From positions 4,352,001 through 4,416,000 of the forward strand of contig CAWIAD010000002.1 in NCBI GenBank assembly GCA_963833985.1: a stretch of 64,000 nucleotides of DNA, in the 5' to 3' direction. Both the position numbers and the translations under genes were made by a program. Positions 41,734 to 51,534 of the stretch are shown one piece after another. The notes under the pieces were generated by a model. It did not search any database. It was not told where the DNA came from and was given only the letters and a program-made list of their open reading frames with translations. The stretch's first letter is position 1; every line of letters begins with the position of its first letter. Origin of the DNA: an uncultured Planctomycetaceae bacterium (GTDB lineage Bacteria; Planctomycetota; Planctomycetia; Isosphaerales; Isosphaeraceae).

Positions 41734-42330
41734 GTGACACAAGTGAACTCCCTGGCTCAGCGCATGCGCGACTACCGTTATTCCAAAGGTTGGGGCCCTG
41801 ACGAGCTTGCCAGTCGTGCCGAGATCTCGCGCACGGCGCTCTACCAGATCGAGAGCGGCAAGACCGGGCTACCCCGCGCCGGCACTTTAAGACGGATCGC
41901 CGTGGCACTGGATGTCTCGATGGAGAATCTGCTGGGGCAGGAAGATCACCCGGCCTTACCGCCTTCCCATGCTGTCAAGGACCTCGCCGGCATGGCACTG
42001 GCACGTGGCCGCGAGCTCCCCGAGTGGCTTCCCGCCGAGGGTGCACCACTTGCATTCGGCGGTAATGGCAACGGCAACGGCAACGGCTCACACGCTGGCC
42101 TGCACAAGCACTTCACTTCCCTGGGAGAGGCTCGGCCGGAAGAGCCGCGGTTCTCTGCTCTGGACATGCAGCGGAAGGCCGTTCCGCCGGCCTTTGACAG
42201 TCTGCTGATCCGGGAAGGAGAACTCATGTCCAAGCTGCATGAGATTCTTCGGTCTCCTCTGGGAGCAGGCGCGGCGCGGATCGTTGACGAGCTGCATGTC
42301 ATGGTCGGCCGCAACAAGAATCTCTCGTGA
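41734..42330 (+). CDS. XRE-family HTH transcriptional regulator
   Basis: RMRDYR..KGW..DELASRAEISRTALYQIESG...TLRRIAVALDV; start may be GTG 41743. Confidence 0.85.
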   Translation: MTQVNSLAQRMRDYRYSKGWGPDELASRAEISRTALYQIESGKTGLPRAGTLRRIAVALDVSMENLLGQEDHPALPPSHAVKDLAGMALARGRELPEWLPAEGAPLAFGGNGNGNGNGSHAGLHKHFTSLGEARPEEPRFSALDMQRKAVPPAFDSLLIREGELMSKLHEILRSPLGAGAARIVDELHVMVGRNKNLS

Positions 42331-42450
42331 ACGGAAAAAGCCGCCTCACGCGGCGATTCGTCAGGTAAATTTCCTCAAGGAACCATCGCGAGCGGACGAC
42401 GGCGGATCCAGGCGTCGCCCACGCGGCCATCTGCACCTTGAGGTCCTCAC

Positions 42451-42954
42451 ATGACTCGCCGCAACTTGTCGCATCCCGTGTTTCCGATGGCTGGCTGCAT
42501 GCTGGCCATCGTCCTCGTTTCCGCAGGCGAGGCGGCCGCACAGGACCGCCCCGCCTCGCCTCTCGTGAATCGGCCCGTTCGCCAGGTCCGAAGCGTTTGT
42601 CCCGCACCGTCGCCGGCAACGCTCGGAACGTTCCAGCCAACCCCCTACGTGATGGTGCGCGGCGACTGGCCAACCGGCGGAGGCTACTCGCCAATCGATA
42701 TTTACGGCGATCAGACACTCTCCATCTACGGCCCCATCTCCCCCTGGAGGGCCGTGGCCGCACCCGTGACCACCTACACGCGCGGCTACGACGGCCGGGT
42801 GTACCAGGCGCCGGGGACCTCGTTCTCCAACCCCTTCCTGCCAGGGCTCTCTCCAGTGCTCTACCCGACGCAGGGGAACTATTACTATGGCCCTCGGGTC
42901 AACCGCACTCCGCCCCAGTGGACCACCGGCTACAACTGGGTGGATCAGAACTGA
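42451..42954 (+). CDS. Secreted Pro/Tyr/Gly-rich hypothetical protein
   Basis: Signal peptide ending AAAQ; GAGG RBS. Confidence 0.65.
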   Translation: MTRRNLSHPVFPMAGCMLAIVLVSAGEAAAQDRPASPLVNRPVRQVRSVCPAPSPATLGTFQPTPYVMVRGDWPTGGGYSPIDIYGDQTLSIYGPISPWRAVAAPVTTYTRGYDGRVYQAPGTSFSNPFLPGLSPVLYPTQGNYYYGPRVNRTPPQWTTGYNWVDQN

Positions 42955-42974
42955 TCCACTCCCTCGGACGGGCG

Positions 42975-45004
42975 TCAGTCTGGCTGCCGAGGGGGATTGC
43001 TGCTTCCCTCGGGACGGAACTGGACGGCCGCCCCGCCGCCCGGCGCCAGGTGCAAGGCCAGCTTCGATGAGCGCGTGACGGACTGCTCGCGGATCGCCGT
43101 GTGCGTTGGCTGTTCAGCGGCGTCCGGTGCGTCGGCGTCGATCCTGGCCGTGAACCGGCCCTCGCCCAGGAAGTCGAGTGGCAGCTCGAGGTCCCGCGCG
43201 TTCCAGTCGGTCAGGCAGCCCAGATACCAGTCCGCGCCCGGCGCCGCGCCAGCGCGATGAACTCCATCGGCCGGCCGGCAAGCACGCGCGTCTCGTCCCA
43301 GCTCGCGGGTACGGCGCGGACGAACGCGAAGTCCTTCTCGTTCGCCCCGCGATAGCGCTCGGGATAGTCAGAGACCATCTGAAGGTGGCTCTCGAACACC
43401 ACGTAGAGCGCAAGCTGGTGCGCCCGCGTGCCCATGACCATCGGCTGCCGGTTGCGCGGCACGAACGCCTCGCGCGTGACGTTCAAGAAACCGCCCGGCG
43501 TGTAGTCCATCGGGCCGGCCAGCATGCGGGTGAACGGTAACGTGCAGTTGTAGACGGGAGTGACACGGGCGCTCCACTTCAGGTATTCCAGGCCCATCAC
43601 TCCTTCGCGGGTGAGCAGGTTTGGATACGTCCGTTCGATCCCATCGGGCTTGTAGGCGCCATGGAAGTCGATCATGAGATGGTGTTCGGCAGCCTTCTGG
43701 AGCACTTTCCGGTACCAGGCCACCATGACCTGGTCGTCGCGGTCCATGAAATCGATCTTCACCCCGGCAACGCCCCAGCGCTCGAACTGCGGGAACGCCT
43801 CGTCCATGTGACGGTCGACCGAGGTCCAGTGCGCCCAGAGCCAGAGCTTGACGTTTCGTTCCTTCGCATGACGCAGCAGCTCCGGCATGTCGAGTGCGGG
43901 ATTGACGGCGGTGATGTCGTCGGGCGTTCCCCGCCCGCGCCGGGCCGCCCAGCCGGCGTCGATGAGCATGTAGGGGAAACCGGACCCGGCCGCGAAGTCG
44001 ATGTAATGCTTCATGGTCGCGGTGTTCATGCCGGGCCGGAAGGACACGCCCTCCGCGTAGCTACCCGACCACCAGTCCCAGGCCGTCTTGCCGGGCTTGA
44101 TCCACGAGGTGTCGGCGATCGCCGAGGGCGGGTTCAGGTTCAGCAACAGGTTCGACTCGATGAGCCGGCCCGGCTCGCGCCCCAGCAGAATCACGCGCCA
44201 GGGAGAACGCATGGGCGTTTTCGCCAGCACTGCGCTTGCGGGGTGGTTCTTCAGAGGTGGCAGCCTGGCCTCGAGCGAGAAGGAGCTCGCGCCATGGCTT
44301 AGGTACATGCCGGCGTAATCCTCGATGTGGGCTTCCGCGATCGCCGCCCAGGCCACCCCGGGCAGCTCGGCCAGGAGCGGCAAGCCGATGAGCCATTCCG
44401 GATGAAGTCCGCTCAGGTTCCGCTTCTGGTATTCATCTTCATACGAGGTGGTGAAGTTGCGGAGGATGAGTGGAAAAGTCGTTGCGTCGCCGGCGAACCG
44501 GAACTCGGTGCGCTCGCGCGTCAGGGTGATCCCTTCGTGCAGAGCGGGCTGCTCGGGGACGATGTACCGAAACGCCACTCCGTCGTCATACGCCCGCGCC
44601 TCGATCGACATCGTGCGATTCTGGCCCCCGCCCTCGGCGTAGTCGATGACCAGGCCGTGATAGTGATCGCGGATCGGATTGGACTTCCCCGCCGGAACCC
44701 GGTAGGTCTCGTCGCCCTGCAAGGTCTTGACCGCGGCCGGCTTCCACCCGCCGGGAAACGGCGGTTGGCCCTCGAGCTGAAGGCCCAGACCCGAGTCCGC
44801 GATCACGGTCTTGCCGTGAAATCCCACGCGGTAGCGCGGCGAGGGATTCTCAGCCATGCCCTGCGGCGGTCCGCTGATCGCAAACTCCACCGCGCCATCC
44901 GGCGACGTGATACGCACCGGCTGCTGCTGCGCGCTGGCCCGATCAGGCCCCCACGCAAACGGAAGAACCACGACGCTGATGATGGCCGCGCTGCGAACCG
45001 ACAT
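42975..45004 (-). CDS. Glycoside hydrolase family 97, frameshift near 43240
   Basis: ITSPDG, WIKPGK.AWDWW, GVKIDF, DFHG, REGV.GLE, GPMDYTPG; C-terminus WYLG..TD...LAPGGG in a shifted frame ending at 42975. Confidence 0.92.
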
Positions 45005-45412
45005 GAGTCACCACCCTTCCCCTTCCTCTGAAAGTCGCCGCCCTGCCTGATTGTCCAGCAGCGGAAGCCCCCACGCGAGCCGGTTGTGACCACAACCGCG
45101 GCAGCCGCCTGGAATCTGGTCCAGGGCCGTTTCATTCTGCCTCCGGCAGCAGGGCGCTGGCACTCGCTGTCCACGCGGCCCCGACATCGCCAACCCCCGC
45201 AACACCAGCCCCGGCCTGATTGGCTTCGATTTCGGTCGATTGATTCAAAGCCAATCGACGTTAGCCATTGATTCTCAAGGACTTGAAGTTCGATTTGGAA
45301 TTGGCTTCGCTCGGAATCCATTTTTCAATCCGCTCGCCAGCGGAGCGCCCCGCGCCACGCCAGGACCAGTGCCGCTGAAACTTTGAAATACGTTTCAACG
45401 GTATTGAGGCCA

Positions 45413-45527
45413 AGACGAGGCCGGTCCTTCGCGCGCCGCCTGTCCCTGGCGGCGCGCTGGTTTTCACAAACGACCGAATTGACAGAGAGCCGGTGCAGTG
45501 CACTGCACCGTCATGGTCAGTTTACGA
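45413..45527 (+). repeat. Degenerate direct repeat A (about 110 bp) containing a 20 bp perfect palindrome
   Basis: Shares ACGACCGAATTGACAGAGAGCC and CAGTGCACTGCACCG with 49065-49172; palindrome CGGTGCAGTGCACTGCACCG at 45491-45510. Confidence 0.8.
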
Positions 45528-45985
45528 TGCAAGGGTCGGAGATTATCAGCGGGGGGGAAACTGGTGTCGGGGAAACTGGTGTAGCCTGCTCAGAAAACAG
45601 ACGCCCGGAAGCGACGTAAGTCCATGACACACCATGTTTTCATGGGTTCGGGTGCCGCCAGAATGGCGGCATGACGGCTGACACCAGTTTCTTGCCCGTG
45701 GAACACGATTCCGATCGTGTTATGGTTCATGGAGCATGGACGAAGCAGAGTGACACGATTGGATCGTGTCCCACCAACACGATAGAGGTGCGCGACGGGT
45801 CTTACTCCACGGCGATCAAATCCGGCAGCATTTGCAAGAGCAATGGTTTTCGGGCAAACGCGTCTCCGAAGCGCATTGCCAACCCTTTTCGTCGTCTGCC
45901 AGGCATGGAGCGAATCGCGGCATGCGTGGGACAACCGGCCACGATGAAAAGCGTTGCCATATCCCGCCGTCGGCAAAATAGGTTG

Positions 45986-46003
45986 GACTGGTTGCAACCA
46001 GTC
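45986..46003. promoter_or_regulatory. Perfect 18 bp palindrome, probable TA operator
   Basis: GACTGGTTGCAACCAGTC 21 bp upstream of the antitoxin ATG; type II TA operons are typically autorepressed at such sites. Confidence 0.65.
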
Positions 46004-46024
46004 TAGTTGCGGGGAGATGGATTG

Positions 46025-46273
46025 ATGGACATCGTCGGATCGTTCGAGGCCAAGACCCACTTGCCCCAGCTCCTTGAGCGGGTTGCCCAGGGCGAGGAAT
46101 TCACCATAACCAAGCACGGTAAGCCCGTGGCCAGGTTGGTGCCCACCCAGCCCGCCAAGGCCAAGCCGGACGTGCGGGCCGCCGTGGAAGCCATGAAGCA
46201 GTTTCGCAAAGGCCATACGCTCGGCGAAGGACTTACCCCCCGCGATCTGATCGAGGAAGGCCGCCGGTTCTAA
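46025..46273 (+). CDS. Phd/YefM-family antitoxin
   Basis: VGSFEAKTHLPQLLERVAQGEEFTITKHGKPVARLVP. Confidence 0.92.
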   Translation: MDIVGSFEAKTHLPQLLERVAQGEEFTITKHGKPVARLVPTQPAKAKPDVRAAVEAMKQFRKGHTLGEGLTPRDLIEEGRRF

Positions 46274-46375
46274 ATAGATCCTCGCCTCTTGGAATGTGGG
46301 CCAGCCGCCCTCGGCTGGCTCAGGACGGCCGAGGGCGGCCGTTCCACACTTTCCCTCTTACGGGGAGCTATTTAG
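46270..46375. mobile_element. 106 bp MITE/REPIN-like element, copy 2 (opposite orientation), between antitoxin and toxin
   Basis: CTAAATAG...CTATTTAG ends; near-identical to the reverse complement of 14718-14823. Confidence 0.85.
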
Positions 46376-46387
46376 GAGGAAAACGGC

Positions 46388-46816
46388 ATGGATACCAGCA
46401 ACGCTTTTGTCCTGGATAGCTTGGTCACGATGGCCTGGGGTTTTGACGATGAAGACGATGCTTACGCCGTCACCATCCTCGACAAGCTGCACGAGTTGCA
46501 AGCTTATGTCCCCTCTCTCTGGTCGCTGGAAGTCGCCAATGCCCTGATCGTCGGTGAGCGTCGCGGCCGGTCCACTTCGGCCGACTCAGCCCGCTTTCTG
46601 GCGATCCTCGGCACCTTCCCCATCGTCGTGGATGACGAGACGGTTGCACGGGCCTGGACCGATAGCCTACATCTGGCCCGTGCCCACGATCTGTCCGCCT
46701 ACGATGCCGCCTACCTGGAACCGGCCATCCGCCGGGGCCTTCCGCTCGCATGCCTGGACGGGAAACTGAAAGCGGGGGCCATCGCCGCCGGCGTTCCGCT
46801 TTTTACCCCTTCTTGA
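46388..46816 (+). CDS. vapC: VapC/PIN-domain toxin
   Basis: FVLDS, LEVAN, LSAYDAAYLE, LACLD acidic PIN residues; AGGAGG RBS. Confidence 0.9.
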   Translation: MDTSNAFVLDSLVTMAWGFDDEDDAYAVTILDKLHELQAYVPSLWSLEVANALIVGERRGRSTSADSARFLAILGTFPIVVDDETVARAWTDSLHLARAHDLSAYDAAYLEPAIRRGLPLACLDGKLKAGAIAAGVPLFTPS

Positions 46817-46912
46817 TGGATTATCGCATCAGCATGCCAACTGCTTCAGCAGGCCGCCTGTTTGTCTCTTTCTGGGCCATCTGTCTCGACAACCTGCCGC
46901 ATCCGCGGCGGA

Positions 46913-48141
46913 TCAGGGGTTCTCGCTCCCCTCGGGCCGGGCACTCGCGGGAGCATGCGACTGCGCCGTCGGCTCCGGTCGCCGCGACAGGCGGACAGGC
47001 GGCAGGCCGACGATCTCGAAGGTGGCCGAGGCGATGCCGATCCCGGCCTCGTCAAGGGCCTTGATGATCGCGCGGCTCATCGCGTCCTTGACCTCGCGGA
47101 TGCCGTGGTCGCGGACCACGAACCGAACCGTCAGCTCGAGCCAGTTGTCGGTCAGCCGGTAGTACACCCGCGGGCGGATGTCCGCCGACCTCATGACGTA
47201 CCGGCGGCGCATCTCCTCCAGCGCCTCGATGCCCATGTCGCCGGCGGATACCGAGTGCTGCTCCGCGGCTTCCAGGAGGATCTGCTCCGCGCGGTCGCGG
47301 TCGGCCGTATACGAGACCGGCAGGCGCATCTCCTCCCAGATGTAGGGGAAGTCGCGGGTGTAGTTGTAAACCGGTTCGTCGAAGATCTTGTCGTTTGTGA
47401 CGGTGACCACCCGCCCGGTGTACTGCCGGCTGCGGACCCACATCGCCGGCTCGGCGTTGGACTCGATCGCCGGCGGCTGGCCCATCTCCATGATCGTCGT
47501 CTGGATGAACCCCAGCGCGATGACGTCGCCCCGGACGCCGCCCATGGTGATCCGGTCGCCGACGTTGAACGTCTTGCCGCGGAGGATGACGAAGTAGCCG
47601 GCCACGGCGGTGACCACCCGCTGGAGGGCGAACGCCAGGCCCGCGGTCACCAGGCCCAACGCGGTGGCCAGGCGGGTCGGGTCGTCGAACCAGATGGACA
47701 CCAGCCCGAGGATGAGCAGCACCGCCGTGGCCAGCCGGATCCCCTGGCGGGCCCAGAACGCGACCCGCTCGTCGCGGCGGTCACGCATCAGACGGTGGAC
47801 GACCGCGCTGGCGCCGCGCCCAGGAGCAGGACCGCCGCAATGTACGCCAGGGTGAGCAGGAGCTTCTGGCCGTTCTCGGCGTTGGCCCCGACGAACTTGA
47901 CGCCGAGGACCTCCACGGCCTGATTCGGCCCCACCAGGCGAAGCCCTGGCGCAATCGTCCGGGTCGGGAAGTCCCCGCCGCCAGCCGCCCTGGGGAGGGG
48001 TGCGGCGTTCGGCCCCACAGGCAGCCCGGTGACGCCCTGCGCCGTCGCGTCAGCGGCCAGGCCCAGTGTGAGGATGAGGCCGAAGCATGCGCGAAGGGAC
48101 CACTTCGGGTCCCGCGCCCCATCCTTCGCCCCGCGTTCCAT
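46913..48141 (-). CDS. MscS-family mechanosensitive channel, frameshift near 47818
   Basis: GLVTAGLAFALQ, FNVGDRI..GGVRGDV, N.KIF..PVYNY; N-terminal part in ORF 47788-48141. Confidence 0.85.
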
Positions 48142-48262
48142 GGATTCCCTCCTTGTCGGGTCTGCATCGCCGGGAGTGGGTTGCCAGGCGCGCCGGCACC
48201 GAGTGATTCTCGGTACCCACTCCCGCGCGATGCTCGTTCAGGACCGCCCTGTCGGCTCAGTG

Positions 48263-48460
48263 CTAACAGCCGCGGGAGGCCTGCTCGACCTGCTGCATGG
48301 CCTGCTCCCTGGTATATCCTTACTTCTGCTGGAGCTTGCCGATCAGCTGGTCCTTCCGGCCGGAGATCTGGTCGAGTTCGTCGTCGGTGAACTCACCCCA
48401 CTTCTCCTTGACCTTGCCCTTGAACTGCTTCCAGTTGCCCTCGATCTGATCCCAGTTCAT
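48263..48460 (-). pseudogene. CsbD/YjbJ-family stress protein with an in-frame TAA at 48320-48322
   Basis: MNWDQIEGNWKQFKGKVKEKWG.FTDDEL...GKLQQK*GYTREQA; the stop replaces the usual Tyr of KYG. Confidence 0.85.
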
Positions 48461-48599
48461 GATGACCCTCCTCGGAATATCCGGTCCCTGGAGTCGGTGC
48501 CCGTTGCTCGGGGGGCGACGCTCATTATGCTCGCCCTGGTCAGGCACTTACGAATAATGAGTTGTTCAATGTTATATACAGTAATTTGGTAAGACTGTG

Positions 48600-48945
48600 T
48601 AGTTCCAGTCGCCGTTGCAGCATCACCTTCCAGAGCCGGACTCGACTCCCACTGCTCCCCCCGCAATCGGCCGTCATCAACGGCTTTTCGGCGGCCGGGT
48701 ATGCCAGCGAGCCCATCCGTTCCCGCCACCTGCGCACCGACTCCGTGGCGAATTCTGCCGCGATGTGATCGATCCCCACGCCCACCCAGCCGTCATTGTG
48801 GGTCAGATCAAAGACCCCATACGGGATCCCGAACCCCCACTCCTTGTCCCGGAAGTCGTGAGTCCGGACGCGCAGGAGAGAGCCCTCGGGCCGCCCTTCG
48901 CGGCCTGGATTGCGGGAATTGCCGATCGACTCCCGCTTCTTCGTG
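48600..48945 (-). mobile_element. ISAzo13-family (Rhodopirellula-type DDE) transposase remnant
   Basis: KKRESIGN, HDF, IPYGVFDL..NDGWV.VG.DH, RRW..MG..YP.A, TADCGGS.GSR.RLWK; truncated at both ends and degenerate. Confidence 0.85.
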
Positions 48946-49064
48946 TGCGGCGAGGGATTGATACTTGATTCGCAGCAGGGATACCGTTTCATCGCACACC
49001 ATGTGGTATCGAACGTGTGCAACTACAGTGCCAATTTGATCAGCTCATTATGCGTCACCTCCTG

Positions 49065-49172
49065 AGACGCGGTCGGTGCTTCGCGCCACCTGAGCCTGGC
49101 AGCGCGCTGGTTCTCACATACGACCGAATTGACAGAGAGCCAGTGCACTGCACCGCCATGGTCCGTTTACGA
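49065..49172 (+). repeat. Degenerate direct repeat B
   Basis: Aligns by eye to 45413-45527 with two small indels. Confidence 0.8.
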
Positions 49173-49353
49173 GATGAGGAAAGGGGACGGTGTTCTGGCT
49201 CCGCAAAGGCGGTCCACTTTTGTCCGATCGACCGTCCCGATAACGGCGGTTTTGAGACGACCGTCCTCGCCCGAGCCAGATTGGAAGGGAATTCTCTCCG
49301 GCACACGGGCGAGCGGAATATGCCGGCTGCGGTGGGCCCCGGGGGGCCGCCGG

Positions 49354-49806
49354 TCACGCATTGTTGCCCAGGGAGTCCATGCCTCGGGCGATTCGTCTCA
49401 GGTGGCCGGCCAGCTTCTCCGACGCGTGCGACGGCACGAGCCCCGCCAGCTTCCCGAGGAAGACAGCGATCCCGTCCCGCGCCCGGCGCTGAACTTCCCG
49501 GCCGCGCTCCGTCAGCGAGACCCGCCGGACCCGGCCGTCGGCGGCGTCCCGTTCCCGAGTGACGAAACCCCGGCGCTCCAGACGGCCGAGCATCTCGCTC
49601 ACCGTGTTCGCGTCGGAGTCGGTGCGCCCCACCAGTTGCTTCTGCGTCGCCCCGTCCCCCTCGGCCAGGGCGGTCAAGATGACGAACTGGTCGGCCGTCA
49701 AACCGAACCGGGCAAACTCGGCGTTCGCCCGGCGGTGCATCGTCAGGTACGCGGCCCGGAGGCCCATCGCGAGGTCGTGACCGGCGGCCGTGACCGCCTC
49801 TCGCAT
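49354..49806 (-). CDS. MarR-family transcriptional regulator
   Basis: GLTADQFVIL, TQKQL, RLERRGFVTR...DGRVRRVSLTERG. Confidence 0.88.
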   Translation of the reverse strand: MREAVTAAGHDLAMGLRAAYLTMHRRANAEFARFGLTADQFVILTALAEGDGATQKQLVGRTDSDANTVSEMLGRLERRGFVTRERDAADGRVRRVSLTERGREVQRRARDGIAVFLGKLAGLVPSHASEKLAGHLRRIARGMDSLGNNA

Positions 49807-49856
49807 GGCCTCGGGCTCGCACGAAGGCGAGGGCGCTGCCGGCCGGGCACGAGGGC

Positions 49857-50897
49857 TCACCGCTGCCGCGCCTCCGGGAACATGATCTGGGCCGTCTGGT
49901 GGAGGTAGCGCCGCCAGTTGACCCACTCGTGCCCGCCCGTGCTCAGGACCCAGAAGTTGCGGACGCCGTACTTGTTGATGATGGCCATCACCGCCTGGCC
50001 ATTCTTCAACGCGATGTCGGTTTCGCCCTCGGCCATGTAGAACGGCACCCGCAGCAGCTCCTCGTTCGTCTTGGGGTCGCTCAGGACCGCCTTGAAGTTC
50101 TCCTCGAACGCCGCCATCCGGTCGGGGAAGTAGCCGGAGCTGTAGACGTAGAGCTCGCCGAAGGTGTCAAGGTGCGACAGTCCGGTGTTCATCACGACGA
50201 ACCCGCCCATCGACAACCCCGCCAGGGCCCGGTTCTCCCGGCCCGGCCTGGCCCGGTAGTGCGACTCCACGTAAGGGATGATGTCCTTGAGGAACTCCTT
50301 CGAGCAGGCGTCCTCCTCGCCGGGCTTCGGCGGGTTGGGCGAGGCAATGCCCCTCGTGTTCGGCATCACGACAATCATTGGCCTGGCTTTCCTGGCCGCA
50401 ATGAGGTTGTCGAGGATGAACTGGGCGTGGCCTCCCTGGCGAGACTGGGTGCTCGTCCACCTCGAATCGTCGTCTCCACCGCCGTGGTTCAGATAGAGCA
50501 CGGGATACCTGGCATCGCCATCGGCCTCGTAGCCCGGCGGCAAGTAGACATGCATCCGCTTTTCGGTCCCGGCGTGATTCGTGTAGGTCGCCTGCTCGAC
50601 CTTTCCGTGGGGGACGTCGGTCTGAGCATAGAACGAGGCGTCATCGAGGGCGGGCAGTGCCGGCAGGATGGGAAGCCTGGTCGGCCCCGGCTTCGGCACG
50701 CCAGCCATGCCGCGGGGCCCTGGACGGCCCGGCCGTGTCGGCGTCCCTCTTCGCCCCTCGTCCTTCGAAGTTTGGCCCTGGTTCTTACCCGCTCCGGGGG
50801 GCTTCGGGTCGGCCTTCGAGTCTTGATTGGTTGTCACCGGGTCACCGGCGGCCAGCCCGAGCACGGCCATCGCGAGGAGCAGACGAGATGCGAGCAT
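49857..50897 (-). CDS. Secreted esterase (Fes/CE1-like alpha/beta hydrolase)
   Basis: Signal peptide, VYLPPGY, YPVLYLNHG, RALAGLSMGG, GGHEW. Confidence 0.88.
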   Translation of the reverse strand: MLASRLLLAMAVLGLAAGDPVTTNQDSKADPKPPGAGKNQGQTSKDEGRRGTPTRPGRPGPRGMAGVPKPGPTRLPILPALPALDDASFYAQTDVPHGKVEQATYTNHAGTEKRMHVYLPPGYEADGDARYPVLYLNHGGGDDDSRWTSTQSRQGGHAQFILDNLIAARKARPMIVVMPNTRGIASPNPPKPGEEDACSKEFLKDIIPYVESHYRARPGRENRALAGLSMGGFVVMNTGLSHLDTFGELYVYSSGYFPDRMAAFEENFKAVLSDPKTNEELLRVPFYMAEGETDIALKNGQAVMAIINKYGVRNFWVLSTGGHEWVNWRRYLHQTAQIMFPEARQR

Positions 50898-51058
50898 GGT
50901 GCTCGACTCCGGGAGAGAGATTGATACGGCCCCGTACTATCGGGATGTTAGCGTCGCAGTGGTGGTTGTGCAAGCTTGTACCTGGTGCACTGCCTAAGGG
51001 GCTCCCTCCGAGCCGAAATACTTCAAATGACCGACGGCCCCGCGGCCGAACCTCAGTC

Positions 51059-51113
51059 GGGTCTTCCGAGGGGGATATGGGTCTTCCGAGGGGGACAGGG
51101 TCTTCCGAGGGGG
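51059..51113 (+). repeat. Three tandem copies of GGGTCTTCCGAGGGGG
   Basis: Copies start at 51059, 51079 and 51098. Confidence 0.85.
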
Positions 51114-51534
51114 GGCATCGTGAGGCATGCCGACAGGGTGGACAATATGGAAGACGACCCGTCATCAACCGGCTTCCTTCGGGACGGTTTCTGCGACCGG
51201 ATTCCCCGGGATGGTGCGCACGGAGACCAGGCCCAGCGCGACTGCGGTCTGGCAGATCCACTCCCCACCGCCGAATGGCCGGTTGCGCTGTTCTGTGACG
51301 TTCCCTGGTGGACCGCGCACGCACGGTTGACACGGCTCCGGCCATCAGGATGTCGCATCATGCACGATGCCGAGTTGCCCCCGCCCGACGTCTGGACCGC
51401 GGGGCGATCCTTGCTTGGCCGGGTCTGGTAGCATGGGAAGCGAGGGCATGGGCTGCGCGGCCGGCACACCTGCCCGGACCTGCCCGCGTCCCGCCCTCGC
51501 CGACCCTCCCCACTCCGTTGCAAGGAGCCCGATC

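Noticed and set aside
42058..42087. GGCAAC repeat (GNGNGNG) in the XRE gene as a phase-variation tract
   Set aside because: Short, in-frame hexamer repeat in a linker; length change would not switch expression
46270..46375. Hairpin as an integron attC site beside a TA cassette
   Set aside because: No RYYYAAC/GTTRRRY ends and no integrase; it splits the TA pair instead of flanking it
48320..48322. Stop-codon recoding in csbD
   Set aside because: The codon is TAA, which is used as a normal stop elsewhere in the window
51059..51113. Possible CRISPR array
   Set aside because: Only three 16 bp units with 3-4 bp spacers; no cas genes
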